From Lingula anatina (taxonomy: Eukaryota > Animalia > Brachiopoda), in assembly GCA_051362555.1 (NCBI GenBank), contig CM120641.1:992001-1056000 (forward strand): a stretch of 64,000 nucleotides of DNA, given 5' to 3'. Of this stretch, positions 1 to 14,788 are shown one piece after another. The position numbers were made by a program, and so were the translations under genes. Position 1 is the stretch's first letter, and the number at the start of each line of letters is the position of its first letter. The notes below the pieces were generated by a model that did no database searches, was not told the origin of the DNA, and was given only the letters and a program-made list of their open reading frames with translations.

Positions 1-2142
1 ACAAGCACTGAACAAGATATCCTACAGCACACAGTTTGAAATAACTAAACTAAGAAAAATGTTACTGCGCTGACGGCACTCAGTGTGTCCGGGGTTCACT
101 TTACCTCGCTGCCCCGCCGCCTCTTAAAAAATCTCATAATGGAAAATTGATGGCAAACATGACGACATTGTGCGATGGAAAACTTCAGACATTGTTTGAA
201 TACAGTTTAACTTTGTGCTTTCTTGAAAGGGTACAAAAAGTATCCCAAAATATCTGTAAAAAAAAGAAAAAGGCATAAAAAATGTAAAGCATTTTGAGGA
301 ATTAGCTGCTTTCAACGCAGGCATCAAAGTTCGAGGCAGACGGTCAGAGAGTATTAGTCTGTTAAAACCCAAAAAGTTTGCAAAATCCAACTCAGTTTTC
401 TCTTCAAATTAGCACTGTTCACGCTGGTCATTCTTTCTTTACAATCTTTGAAGAGACAACGTGGCGTGAAATATGTCAGTTAGGAACGCTGCATATGCAC
501 CAAGAACGCAAAATCATTCACCCCTTCGTTCTGGCTCAACCGATTGTCTATAAAACATCAGAGTGGGTTCAGCGTGCCTCCTGGGACGTTTTTACCATCC
601 ACCATATACCCCAGTACAATAATCGTGGTCCAAATTTCTCGCTGCCGTGACACTGTGACTAACTCCGTGTCCGTGTCTTTTTTACTCTCACATGTATGTC
701 AACATTACGCCAATATAAATGCCAAATCTGTTGAGTCAAAGCTATAAACGTCTACAAACAAGTAGTCACAATGCTTTCTATGTAAGTTGCAGTGTCAAAT
801 ACTTGTTTAACCAAACTGCTCTTAGGATATAGAAGTTCGATAAACATCAAAAATCAACTGCTGAGCCCGGTTCTGGAGTGAAAATGCTGCATGAATGTTC
901 TAATATTGTAACAAAACCTGAGGCAATTTCTATATACCAAACATGATTCAGTTAGAAGTGGTTAAGTGAAATAACTGTTCTTTTGATACAATAAATTCGA
1001 TGCATAAATAAATGAATAAGGACACAAAAATGAAAAGACCAGACGGGCAAAACAGTCTAATTGCACTCATATATATTTGGCACTGGCCCCATAAAAACTA
1101 TTGTGCATTTTAAAAAATGCCCTTACCACTTTCAGCAACTATATGCATATTGAATTTTGATACCAATATAAGTAAACTGTAAAACATTTCTGGATAGCAC
1201 CTAAAACTAATAAATATCTTTAATACCTATTCCATTTTACTTTTATTAAAAACCATTTGTCAAAATAAACAATATATTAGAAGCAGTGAAACAGTCTGTC
1301 CAGTGACATGTTTAGATTAACGTAATCGATGTGTTCGACATAAATAAAAAAATACGGACGGATTACACAAAAAAAGGAGCTTTCCAAGTGAAATAGACCA
1401 GTTTAACCAGCAACAAAATATCTTATCTAACAGTAAGGTTAAAGCAAGATGTGTATCATCAAGCAGATAACTTCAGTTTAGGATGAAAGACCACCCTGAC
1501 TTTCAATTCCGAGCAGAACAAGAAACATTTAGCAGCTTCATTTAGAAATAAACACAAGTTGGCCAGACTCGAAGCTCGCGCTGAACGCTGAAGTAACACA
1601 GAAGAAAAACTCTAACCATATAATAAGACAGCAGTCTAATAATCTAAATACCTTAACCAGATATTAAAAAATAGTATACTGTGATACCAGTAAACATATC
1701 ATAAACGCATCAAAAACATTATAAATAACGCATGAGAATGATATATTATTATTATTCAAACTACCTTTGTTGAGGAGTATCTAGCAATCTTAGCACCATT
1801 TCACTACCTGCCTTGAGCAGTCTTGCAATCTTCATGTTATATCCCAGTGTCAAAGTACACATTCATGTAAAAGTAAAACCCCACTTTCTGACGTCATCAA
1901 TACGTCACACTCTTCATCGCACGGTTTCCAGTTCAACGTCACAGTGTCACAGTACTCCATTGGCTATCATTTGGGCGAATAATATGACGTCACATGGATG
2001 TTTCCTGTATCTGGACTGTATTTCTATCTTCATAAGATAAAAACTAGAACTGAAACTGACATCAAATATTTGGATGATGATATTGACAGCAAAGATGTGA
2101 AGCAAGATTTAATCGACGTCAAAAAGCCTCAACGTACAGTCA

Positions 2143-3002
2143 TCAGCTTTGCAAATACATGGGAGTCACGGGCGCATAATAATTATAGCTTTGAGTGGCA
2201 CCCTTTGCCATGTCACAACTCGGATTGACATTCACAGATGGCGCCACATTAGCTACGCCATGAGGAGAGCGGAATCCAAGTAGATTACTGACGGAATGTG
2301 TGTGAGCGTGAGACCAGCTCGGTGGAATAGACGCCATGCACGGCGGCTGCTTAGCTGTAGTCATTGGAAACGGCGTCGCGTTGACGTTAACGTTGACGTG
2401 ATTGGGTGCCTGGGTCGGTGACAGTGACGTTGGAGACACCTGGTGGGCCATACTGACGTTGACGCCGACGTTCTGCATTGGTGCAGGGCACGTGTAGGGA
2501 TAGAATGTTGCAGTGTTGTAAAAAGACCTCGGGTCAGGTCCTATGCTGATATTAGGCTTGGCGTCAAACTGGGGTGCAGTGCTGGTAGGGCTTTGTAGCC
2601 CTCCAATTTTATTCCTTAATATTCGACTGATGGAACTCACTGAAGGAACATTATATTTATCACAAACGCCATCAGCTAAAAGTTTGTCTCGTATTTCCCA
2701 TGCGAAAATTCCTGGGTCCCGTTCTTTGTACACTTTGATGTGCTTCACGACATTGGGTGTGGTCACTCTTGGCTTGCTGCCCCCTATTGCACCAGGAAGT
2801 ATGGAACCAGTCTCGTTGTATCTCGCGAGAATTTTACTGACGCAGCCATGAGAGACTCGTAACTGCCTGCTGATGTCACATGGTCTGACGCCAAGCTGCG
2901 CCAGCTCCACGATACGTAACCTGATGGCGTTGGGAAGTGGTCTCCCGTTGACAAACACGCCCCCTAGCTGGTTGACTTCACCAAAAGGCGGCGGATTCTG
3001 AT
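2143..3002 (-). CDS. Pax1/9: Pax1/9 paired-box transcription factor, main coding exon (paired domain + octapeptide, no homeodomain)
   Basis: Complete paired domain [77 protein letters not shown]...[14 protein letters not shown] of Pax1/9 type. Octapeptide HSVSNLLG. Polypyrimidine/CAG acceptor at 3003-3005, with an alternative CAG at 2998-3000. Stop at 2143. Confidence 0.96.
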
Positions 3003-3744
3003 CTGAAAGTTGAAAGAGAAGATTCATCAAGCTGGTTTTGAAATCTTATAACTCGTTCCTAGAAAATTAATAGTGATGAAATTTTAAAGACAATGGAAAA
3101 ATAATTATGAATTTAATTCAAATGATCAACAGACATTAAACTTTGAATAATCTATCTTACAAGCCCGTTAATTTGGAAGTTTCAAAATTAACAGATCATT
3201 ACCATCATAATAAAAAAATAGTTTCACCAAAAACAATAAACATATTTTCTAAATTATATTTGAATCATTCTACAATTTAAACAAAAATGTTGGGGCGAGC
3301 TTTTTAACGTCTAATAACACACTTATGACCAATACAATCAGCTACCTTTATAACAGCAAAACAGGTTTAGAAATCAAGTCATTCTATTTCGTCAGTTAGA
3401 AATTTTTATTTACTTCTAGTTTTTTTTTTCGTCAATATAAATTAATTTTACTTATAAAGTTAAGTACAAATTCAAAACCTAGTCAGTGTGTATGCTTCTG
3501 TTGTGAAATGTTTCAAAACTCTCCCCAGACGTCGGCACTGTTTTACTCTATAAATCTTTTTGTCTACGTAATTATATATTTTACGTAAAACCTGTACTCG
3601 CAAATTTAGATTTATCCTCTTTTGCCTGCTAAATACAAACAATAGGTTTGTATCAAGTTTGAACGTTGAACACATCATCGTAACCCCACAACAAGTAACA
3701 CGATCTGAATGTTTGAAGCAAAAAGAAACATCGGCATGATTTAC

Positions 3745-3756
3745 TTGCATAACCAT
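3745..3756 (-). CDS. Pax1/9: Candidate short first coding exon of Pax1/9 (MVMQ)
   Basis: ATG GTT ATG CAA|gtaaat is a phase-0 donor that joins in frame to the CAG acceptor at 2998-3000, giving [14 protein letters not shown]. Pax1/9 genes typically have a tiny first coding exon. Other solutions are possible. Confidence 0.35.
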
Positions 3757-6700
3757 ATGTAAATATCATAATTCACTTCTATTTTCGGCGTGCACTTCAC
3801 GCGAGGGGGACTAGGTACGCCATAGTGCACTTCTACTAATGTTCACTGTGTACTTTACCGTGTAAACACTCGCGACGGGAACAATGTGGGATCCACAGCT
3901 GGGGGATGTCTTGTTCACTTTTTCAAGTCACTAAAAGCCAACCTTTAAAAATGTGAATCACACAGCGATTTAACAGGTCTTTGTATTATACTATTTTTTT
4001 AAACTATATAGAGGCACTTCGAGCCATGTAGTGAAATGATGCGATTGATAGTTTGCTTCGTAGAAATCGTAGTAAAATATATGAAAATACAACTGTGCAA
4101 TGACAAAAAAGCATAAATTCCCTGGGACAGAGGATTGCAAAGTAACATCATACTAAAATTTCGTAAACTTATCATTTTATTATATTACTCGGTTTGGAAA
4201 ATTTTGCCGCTCAAAATCGGTCGCTGTCTTCGGTGCTTTTTTTTTTTTTTTTTTTCATTGATGATAAAACCAGGATGATAACTATTAATTTTCATAAGGA
4301 ACGCGTTGGTCGTTTCATTAATTTTTTTAAATACGTTTTGCAACCTACTAAAAAAAGTGTCAAAGACCTTCACAATTTATGTTTTAATTGGGTTTTAGTT
4401 AGCATTATAATCTACATGTTAAAATTATCTATCTGTTGTCAGTATTCGTTCTTTACATTTCTCCATTTTACTACTACTGTTTTTCTTTCTTTCGCACACC
4501 ACACCTATAATCTTATATTATAATAAGCTTACAAAGAATAAACCCTCCTAGAACAAGTAAATACTTGAATTATTTGTAGAAAATTCAGAATATAGAAAGA
4601 CTGAAATTTATCCTATTCAGAATCATATATTGTGTTCTGAAGAGCTTTATCGGTGATTTTTATGCACAACTAAGAACACTACTGATGAGATGTGTGCTTT
4701 TTTATATTTCCCTGCTAATATAATTTTGGTACAAAATGTTTTGTATTATTATATACTTCATTTTTTATATATAAACATAGGTATGTACAAACCTTACATA
4801 GTTACTGGCATTCTTATATGTTTTTAGACCTTGGTAAGGATTTCTTAAACAAACAAACAAAAAAAAAACAACGTTTTATTCTGTTTTTTTTTAACATTTG
4901 CTTTAAATTCATATTTCCATTAGAACAAAATTGGAAGAAAAATCTTACCAGCAAAACACTGGCTAATCAGGATGTCACAGACACAGAAAGTTCAAATGTA
5001 CATAGTTTTATTTTATGGCAGACCTAAAAATGATCAATCAAAGCAATTCTCTCAGTAATAAGGTACTTTTATTCAAACAACGAAGTTGACAACTTGTAAC
5101 CTTTATTTTTTATTGTGTGTCTTCGGTAATTTGAATGGAAAATTTTTCTAGAAAGAAATAATAAGTTTCGCAAATCAAGAACTACAGACTATAGAAATAC
5201 AGAGGAGATTATTACATAAATTCAAAGTTTAGATGATTAATCAAATAGACAAGGAGGATTTTATAATAATAATAATAATAATGATTTATTGAGCACAGAA
5301 ATACCTTTACATTTAAAGGCACTCTAACTACTATGTATATACATATGATAATTATACTGATAGTAAATAAATGAAAAAAAAATAAATATAAGGTTATACA
5401 ATATACATTATAAAGGGATTGTTATAATATTATTATATCATTTATTATACTATAACGTTAGTTGGGAAATGTTAAAGGCATTATTGTACGTACGACCCAA
5501 ACGGTACACACGACTAGCTGAACCGAGTCTTCAGTCAGAGAAGCACCTGAACGAATCAGATTCCTTGCTCAAAAAATGCTAAGATTCCTCCAAGATTCCA
5601 AAGTAGCAAATCCAAAAAATGTGTTCTTAACGATACAATCCTTCTCAGTTTTCTAAATTATGACAAGTGAATTCGGATAGAAGATAAAGAAATGGCGACA
5701 AAGTCCATTGTTTTCTTAGGGCTAAATGTTAGTTTTTCTTGGCCCTTTAGCGCTGAATGCAATGAACATCAAAAGAAAATCGGACTCGGAACTGAGATAG
5801 TGATCCGCTTAATATCTCCAAAATGTGACGGCTCTGGGTGGGGTTTCATGCACGAATTTTAAGCCTCTAAGGGATTTGAATTATTTTCTAATTAAAATGC
5901 CCTGGGTTCGGGGCCGGTGGGAAAATACTGGGGTTATTCCTCGGAGCCCTTTCAAAACCGGGCTTCTTACAAGCAGAGTAAGCCTCAGGGAAAAAGCATG
6001 AACCCATGCAGAAAGCTCACTTTCATGCGGCTCGTCATTAGTTTGACATTTAATCTGGCTACAAGGAAAAGTAGAGATCGGCACAAATCAAAACTAAGGC
6101 ATCACCTTGCATCGTCTCTCGCCCCCTACTTAATTAACCGTTGAAAAGGGATTTACTAGAGCAACGCTTAATTAAATTCCACCAGCTAGTTTACAATGTG
6201 AGCAATGTTAGTGCTTAGGAGAAAAGAGATGACAAATTTTATGCCGAATGAAAATGATATTTTCATCTCTCTCGACTTCTGTTTCAACATATTGACAGAG
6301 CGGATCATTGGTTCTGTGGAGGAATTAGCATTCGTTTGTGGTTGATCTGTAATCACAATTGATATCGTAAGAAGAGAAGGATACAAACAGAATCTATTTA
6401 AGACGCCTTTTTCACCCGGTCAAATCGGGAATACAACAGAAGAGAACAGACAGACAGAAAAGAACGGCAAATCCTCGTCTGGCAGGTCTGACTGGCTCGT
6501 TTAACGCGTCTTCTTGAATCATCTGAGGTGACATACTCTTAAACCCAAAACACTGCGTTTACCATAGAACAGGAGTTGTTTTAAAAGTCAGCAGTCTAAA
6601 TTAAAGACGGTTTTGTGTCTTTTACACTTAGGTCACGCTTTCTTGATCTGAGGTAAACGCTTTCATTGTCCTACTCATGTTTTATTGGAAAAGAAATGCC

Positions 6701-9700
6701 TCAGCGAATGTATTTTTGGTGCTCAGAGAAGAGTGGGCTTTAAAGGCCTGCGAAATAGTTTGCCGAAAATTAAAACATAATTGGAGACGAAATTGCTCGA
6801 TGCAGTCGCTAAGCAACGCACAGGCACTAAGCATCTTCATCAAATATTTTTTTCACGGGGCAACCATATAACGACTAAACTCTTTCTTCGTCAAAAATGT
6901 ACGAGCCAATTCTGTTTATGTTTCCGCGTGTAATTCACACGTTTTAATTTCAGTAATCATGATGTACTGGTATTTCGATTAGTTTTCTGCGCACTTTAAA
7001 TGAATATTGGCAAAAGTGGTGGCTTATAACGGCTTATACAAGGCCTCTCTCTCCGCCCAGCCTTTTCAAGTTGGCCTATATGAGAATCGCATTCCAACGA
7101 CGATATATATTCCTGCACCAAACCAAAACCTTAAAGTGAAATCGTTGTCCTCAGTACGCACTCATACATGAACGCCTCTGTAAGTTTTAATGCATTTAGA
7201 TTAATACAGAATAAGGAACATTCTTAGCTATAGTGTATGGAACTGATTATCAAATAGGGAAATAGGTTATGCCTTTTTTCCTCAAGTCAGTTTTATACAT
7301 AAAATCTGTAGATATTTAATTGAATTGAAATCGAATATTACAACTTTAGCTATTAAAATACAATGCGTGACAAAAAATACTAAAATCTAGGAATAAAGAA
7401 ATTAAGTGCACGTAAAATCCGATATCAGGGAGCTTCTTTTCTTAACTTTTAGTGATGTTAATAACTTATTCAAGATAGCTCTGTCTATTTAAGATTGTTT
7501 GACCTTCTGCATGCAAAGTGTCCAGGTATTGCAGGAGCTATCCTTAATTCAAATTCTCGACTCTTTTAAATTAGAACAACGTTTAATTTTAAAGGGTGTA
7601 ATTTTTTTTGATAAATGCGGACGATGAACATAATTTAATATCAATGTGTAATTTATACAATACTGAACAAATAACACGCGTGTACTTATGCTTTTGTCTT
7701 AAAACGAAAATGCTTTGAAAATATAATTGTTTATTGAAAAAAATATGATTCCTCTTTTTTAATCCTGTGATGGTAAATAATATTATTTTCCATATTTTCT
7801 AATCAAGCGGCAGCAACAGTAACATGTTTTGGACAATTTAGTATATCTACGTTCCAATGCAATCAACGATCCCGTAGGGTCAGGGTGGTAAATCTAATTA
7901 ACGTATTTCTAATTATGTAATTATTAATTACACGGCTAGCAAAGTATCAAAACAAAGCCTGGGACTTAGTCTTAATCGCAGATAACACGGCTTAATAACG
8001 CTATCAGTTTCATCGGTTAATTCCTGCGAGGGATGGAGCTAATTATCTCTCTTTGGGTTGGATTTCACTCCTAATCAGCCGTGCGCGAGTACTGGTTTTA
8101 ATCACCTTTCTCACAACTAATTGAAACTGATGATCTAAACGATAGGTGGTTCACCGCTGCAAGTGAAGCTAAATTTCTGAAAGTGAAATATTCATCCATT
8201 CACAGTTATAGCACGGAGCGGTGTGGATTGCGACCCTCTCAAAAATCTGGTTTTCTCATTACAAAATTTCCAGGGTTTTTCAATTGATGTAATTGTAAAG
8301 AGTTTATGTGGGGCAAGATGGATTTTAAGTATTTCAACATACCTTGATCAAGCCGTTAATATATCAAGGATGTAGTATACTCTAATATTAAGGGCTGTGT
8401 CACGTTTTATCCGATTTGTGCAAGGTTAAGTTAATATTTTTACCAAGTGAAATATTTATATTGAGTCATACTATTTCAATAGGAGGATATTGAAGACATT
8501 ATTGAAGATCTATCAATACATATTTCTCTCGTAACTAGTGTTCGCCTCTTGTTAAAAATAATTTCCAATTTGTACACAGACAATTGAAATAAATTTGGCC
8601 CACTTTATAACCTCACATATTTTTAGGACTTTTAAACAACTGTTATAGAAAAAGTTGTTATCTAAGTCGCAATTGCAAACAATCAAAGCTAAAAGCTTAT
8701 CTCTTACAAATAGAATATAGAGAGAAATGCTTTCTAATTTTAAACGTCGCAAGTATTAAGGTTTGTTTATCAAAATTGCTACCTAGCCACACTGAGTGAG
8801 GTTACCGAATCTCAGCAATAGAATTCATTTTTATAGCTTAGTATGAAAAACGCTGGTTTTACAGTTATCAGACACTCACGAGTACACCCTATCACCATTA
8901 CTATATGTGCTTCTCTTCACTGAGCCTGTGTGTCAAAATGTTTTGCAAAGCATCTCTACTACCCGTTACTGCTGTCATGCATCTTTCCACAGTCAACGTG
9001 ACATATTTATGTTCGCTCGCTGTAAAGATGGACGACATAGCGACACTCATTTGACAACCTAACAGCTTGGAAAACAAAGTGTAAAGCTTGAGAAAATTCG
9101 TTCTTTTCAACATTGAAAGTCGGGTTGCTTTACTAGTTTGTCTATGTTTCAGGTAAATATTTATATCATCGGATAAGATCGACAGTGGTCATCGAAACTG
9201 ACATTCAGGGTAAAAATTTGGCGTGTACGAAAATCAGCGAACCGTTGACGTGACAAATGGCGTGAGCACGTAATAAAATGCTCCATTGGCATCCTTATCT
9301 TCTTGTCGATAAGCTACACCGAGTTTTCACACAAACCAACAGTCAAGACAGATGTTTATGAAAAAAAGGCATGAAACTACGGTGTAAACAGTTTCTCTAC
9401 ACACCATCTTGTCAACATTTAGTCAACAATATTTTGAAAATCTGTAAAATCCTTAGGGAAAAATTCGGCCGCATATCAAGTTCGCAACCAGAACTTGTGC
9501 TTTCTTTTAGAATCAGGCCAACTTTTTTCAACCATGGGCCTGAATTAATGAGTTTTATATTAAAACTGATAACTCGTTTGGTTGGCCATATGTGAGTCGG
9601 TTTTAACATCTTAGCTTGTTTGTTTGTATAAATTATAGGATTTAAGATTTAACTAAATAACGCCTTATTGTGTTATCATTCGCGGCAAGAGGCCTTTGAT

Positions 9701-12700
9701 GAATGGCGCATTATTATTTTACAATACAAATCCAATACTAAATATTATCAATTTTCGTATGCTTATTATTTTAAGTGTCAAAATCTTACTCTATCAAAAA
9801 TATAATTTTTAACAAAAAGACTGCACACATTTATATATATGATTAAACTAGACTATCTGACCAAGGAATGCGACTGTTAATTACTTTCCCTGCTCTTTTT
9901 TCAATTTTTAAAATCTTTTTTCATTTGCATAATATTTTCGTTTTCATCTCTTTTCGCGCAGAACATTTCACGCACCTGCAGCATATTAGTAAGATATATA
10001 CACAGCAGTGCAGAAATTATAAGGGGGGTTTTCTCATCCGGAAAATGACAGCCAAATCCATCAAAGTATATTCACTTAGTCTGCGTGCCTAACGTGATCA
10101 CAGTTCAATTCATCTGATAAATCGAAGCCATCCGGGCAGCCCCGTAGTGGAAAGGGATGCCCTCCGTCAGACAGAACCGATCAATCTTGAAGAAACGCCG
10201 TCAAGCAGGTAGAAAACATAGCAGGAGAAGCCTTGTAAATTTTTACAAGTCTGCGGAATAACACCGTATACCGCCTACACTGGACAGACGGGGCTGGGAT
10301 ATCAGTTCCGAAAGTCCCTTGTGAGTGTGTTTAAGCAGGGGACATGAAATGGTCGGGGGAAAAGGTTATGCTCGACACGAAACGCTCGTGCTGTTGCATT
10401 GAGATTGTGAACAAATATTGCCTATTTTTCGTGTGTAAACGATATAGTTTATTTTCAAAATAATTCCCCTGGAAAACATCCAATATCTCCAACATTTCTG
10501 AGATTAAAAAATAAAGCATCACTGGATGCTTTCTAATGTTTCGACAATTTTTTTTATCGTGAAACATGAAGAAATATTCAGCAATTTCAGTCTTGGACTT
10601 TGTTTACCCTGCAACCTGCGGCCGCATAATGATACTGCATTATTTCAAGACCGTTTCCCTACTGTTAACTCCGTGTTCGGTTCTCGTAGATATTTTGCAT
10701 ATTTAGCATTGTAGAAGGGTCTTGGCATATCCTCATTCCTACTAATGTGACGGTTTTGATTTTTAAGATAGACTAAGTTCTTGTGAATAGATATCTAAGC
10801 TGTTCGTTTACCATGATCAATTGTCCTCTAGAATCTTTTCGAGTTTTTCAAGAAATATATCTTGCTAAAAATACAAATACATAAATATGCCCTATACATT
10901 TTAAGCGTCAGCGTTGAACTGTGAATGTGAGTGGCCACAAGGTTTATATATCAAGTAAATGAAAACGGAACATCATATCAATAAATTGCCAGGTTACGTT
11001 TACCAGCCAAAGAGCAAAAGAGAAAATCACTGACATAGAATTATTCAGAGCTCGACTTTGTTTCTTACCATTTGTCTGCCAGCAACTCGCGAGACCGTGC
11101 CCTCCATTTTTTCCCGATCAGTCATCTCACACATCAACACAACCAGTGTAACGTATGCCTCGGTCTTAAGTCGCTACCAGTTTGTTTTTACCAAAACATG
11201 GGTTCTTTTATTTTTCTACTCCATCTGGTTGCCATCGTTGGGCGGTCGAAATCGCTCGTTCAAATAAAATATACGCGCTCAAATAAAGATGAGGCGTTCT
11301 TCTTACCCCTTAACAATGAGGCACTGACATTTCTTTTGGTTGTAGACCTATCAGCGCGATTTTACGGGCATTTTTATGCTTACATTCCGAGTGAGTTGCA
11401 TTTGAGTGGTGTTTAACTATTTACTCTATTAACTCGTAAGAACGGCGGCCAAGCAATCACCAAGTGATATAAAAATAAGTAGCCGTAAAGAAATCGTGCC
11501 AAGCGAAACCTCACGGAACGCTTACGATGGCGGTGAGTCGGGGTACCTATAAACTACCACTAAGTGAACCCTGCTTACCCATAAGACGCGGCTGAAGACA
11601 CAAGGCCAGGATGGTGCCGTAAGAGGTGAAGTCTGACAGGGGATGGCCGTCTTACTGAAGTTATCCCCCTCGGCGCAGTGAGGCTGGAAACCCGTGTGGA
11701 AGATCACAAATCTATCGCCTGCCCCCTCTCGTCCGTTGTCAGTATATACACGGCTCACATTAGGAGGAACGACGTGAAAACACTGCAGTCGACTGGGAGA
11801 GCGGATTGCAAGTCAAAAGCTCATATCCCTTGACTACAACGTGTCCCGTGATATCGCTGTCAAAGTTAATTTGATGTGATTGCGCTCCTAACCGCTCTGA
11901 GAGGCTTTAGTTCGCGTCTTCCATACCTCTTCCCAGCTAATTGCTTTTCCAACCTGCTGATTGGACGGCTTGACGCTAATTGTCAATCATCTTAAAGAGG
12001 CAAAGCAGATCGGTAATATTTCCTCTTCTCTGGCGAATTTGAACCATTTCTACTGCCTTTCTCGATCTCTGGGTCTAGATTTGGGCAAACTTTAATTCTG
12101 AGATTGTAAATCTATGCAGAAAATCTCATTTTAAAAGACTTGAACAACTGTGCAAAGGGTCGTTTTCTGACACACAAGTACAAATTGCGCTTTCTGCAGC
12201 ATGCGACGTGAAACAAATATTTATTGTTTTTCCAAACCTCCACTTAGCTTCAGTTACTAAATCGCGATACTCTTACCGTGAAAAAATTGCCCAGTTTTCT
12301 CCAAAATCCCCTCAACGAAACATTATGGGTCGGTTTCACTTACCACCGTTTACTTGCGGTGTAAACACGGTCGGAAAGTACAAAGACATGGCCAATTAAA
12401 CAACTGGGGAACACATGTAAACAAGCACGTTAATTGATACGGAAAGGCTTGGGATTCGCTATAAATCCCAGAAATGCGGGAGGAGCCAAGAATGATCTCA
12501 AGTCGTCTTTCTAGATGATCTCTAATGAGGCAAAATGCTACGTTTATATCTGACGTTCTGGACGTTCCTATTGTACCCCTCATTATACAGATTCCTTTCT
12601 CCTAAATCACATTGTGCTTTTTTTTTGGGGGGGGGGGGGAGGGGGAGTATATTTTTCGAGATATAAACTTTTTTTACCTTAAAGCATATGAGACAAAGTA

Positions 12701-14736
12701 CAACAGGGGACTTTTTCCTGTCCGTGGTATCAATGAAAACAATACAGATTTTTTTTCTTACCTCTATATATTTAGAATTATATGACAAAACGGTTTGCTT
12801 ATTTCTATCAAAATATTCTCATTTGTATTAGAGTCGCTTGGAGACCAATATTGACACATAAATACAGCATCCTATATAGAAATGATAATAAACCTAATTT
12901 TCGGCATTTGTGTTTTTATGGCGTTATACATAAAAAGGCAACAAAATCTATTTAATATTAAAATACTCCAGTTTCCATATACTTTGATCACAGTCAAATG
13001 TCCTTTGCTTCGTAAAAATCATATGGATTATGGATAAAACCTTAAAAGACTTTTTTCAGGACAACATGTAATGTGATACATGGGTGAATCCAAAGCATTT
13101 TATGTACGCCTGGTTAATTTCAAATTGTTCACCATCCTTTCCTCCACAGACAGCAGTATACCGTCTACCACGCAGTCAGAAGACACAGGAAAAGAAGTTT
13201 AAATAAAGATCCTCGATTTGAGATAGGTACATAAATGTTTTTGCATCATATGCCCAGGTGATAATAAATTTTATAAACATGATAATAATTTTATAAGCCC
13301 ATTTTGTTTTTTGATATTTCAAATATTGAGAAGATAGACTCAAGAGGGAGTATTTATAAGAATCTATCACAATTTTAATGTGCTTCTGACAATGATATAA
13401 GATATGTAGTTCAGCTAAGTCTACCAGTAATGAGTTAATGATGCTTTTTTATGCCAAATAATTATATTATTAATCTTCGAAATAAAAATGTTTTAATATT
13501 TGACCTCGTACAAAAGCACATCGACTGATAAGTGGAAGTTTGATACTCTATTTGAATAACTTCTTTCTTACAAATAGAATATTGGAATTTTAGTTCTTGT
13601 CATATTTTTTACTCAAAACGCTTTAGAAGTTATTCCCTTCTACTCAAACAGAATAAAATGTTCTGAGCCTGGCAAAGCATTCTCTTATATAACCTGAAAG
13701 TTTACAGGCTGATGAAATCGTTTTGAAATGTAGAGAAATTTATCTTTATAAATTTTTGATGATTTGTAATCACACTGATGCGAGGGGTATAATAATACCC
13801 AGGACTTTTTATCATTTGTAATGGCAATTATCCTGAGACCGTTGTTAAAAATAACCAAAGATTCTGTATTCTTGATATGTTTACAATCAATAAACGCACA
13901 AAAAAAATCCGTAATGCTGTTTTCCGAAAAGAAATCTGTATGCTTGCCTTCTCATGAAAAGCTACTTCTGTTAAATAAATGCAAATAAATACCCGTTTTA
14001 AGGAGTACTTCATTTTCCTTAAATTTTCATACATATATTTTAGTTGTCAAATTTTAAAACTTGACAGATGTTGACAGTAAAAATTTATTGAAAAACATAT
14101 TTTCAAACTGAAAAATAACACTACTCAACTTGTGCAGTTTTCTAAACTTGCGACAAAAAAATTTAAAGGCGCGTTTAGATGTACAGCAAAGGCGAATTTA
14201 ATGAAAAACCAATATTGTCACAATCAAGTTGACAATACATTGCATTTTATTAACAAGTAATTAATATGGATTGTACACCTATACCAGCATTTCATATATA
14301 GTATAATATACAATGCCCTTGCCATGCATCAATTTCAGAAGGCCAATATACTGCTGAAGACCGTACATGTACGTTAAATGCTGAGTTTGACTACACAAAC
14401 TCGGCTTCACAGCATGCTCGGTAAACGGGAGTTAAAACAGTTTATTTCAGGCGCGCTGGAACACCGCCGTTGCCCTTATGTAATGACACGTAGTAGAGAG
14501 AGCGACAAGGTTTGTTCATCTTTCCTTCATGGTAGAGTTTAATGCCAACTGAAAAAGTATCAAGTGACAAGAAATTGTTTTGAATACAAATTTCATATGC
14601 TCGGTCTTGGAGAAGAAAATGTAGGGTAAACATGAAATACATGGTACGGACGGATATTTAAGTTACTTTTTGAATTTTAATTTTGACAGTAGTTTATAAA
14701 AGGGTTAGCACCTAAAGATCGAGTTAGCTAAACTTA

Positions 14737-14737
<1 letters not shown>

Positions 14738-14785
<48 letters not shown>
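14738..14785. repeat. 48-nt poly(A) tract
   Basis: Uninterrupted A run; no recognisable retroelement body upstream. Confidence 0.9.

Positions 14786-14788
<3 letters not shown>

Noticed and set aside
2543-2851. 102-aa plus-strand ORF
   Set aside because: Antisense shadow of the Pax1/9 paired box.
11522-11800. GC-richer block with a 78-aa ORF
   Set aside because: No recognisable protein motif or splice-consistent partner exons; more likely regulatory.
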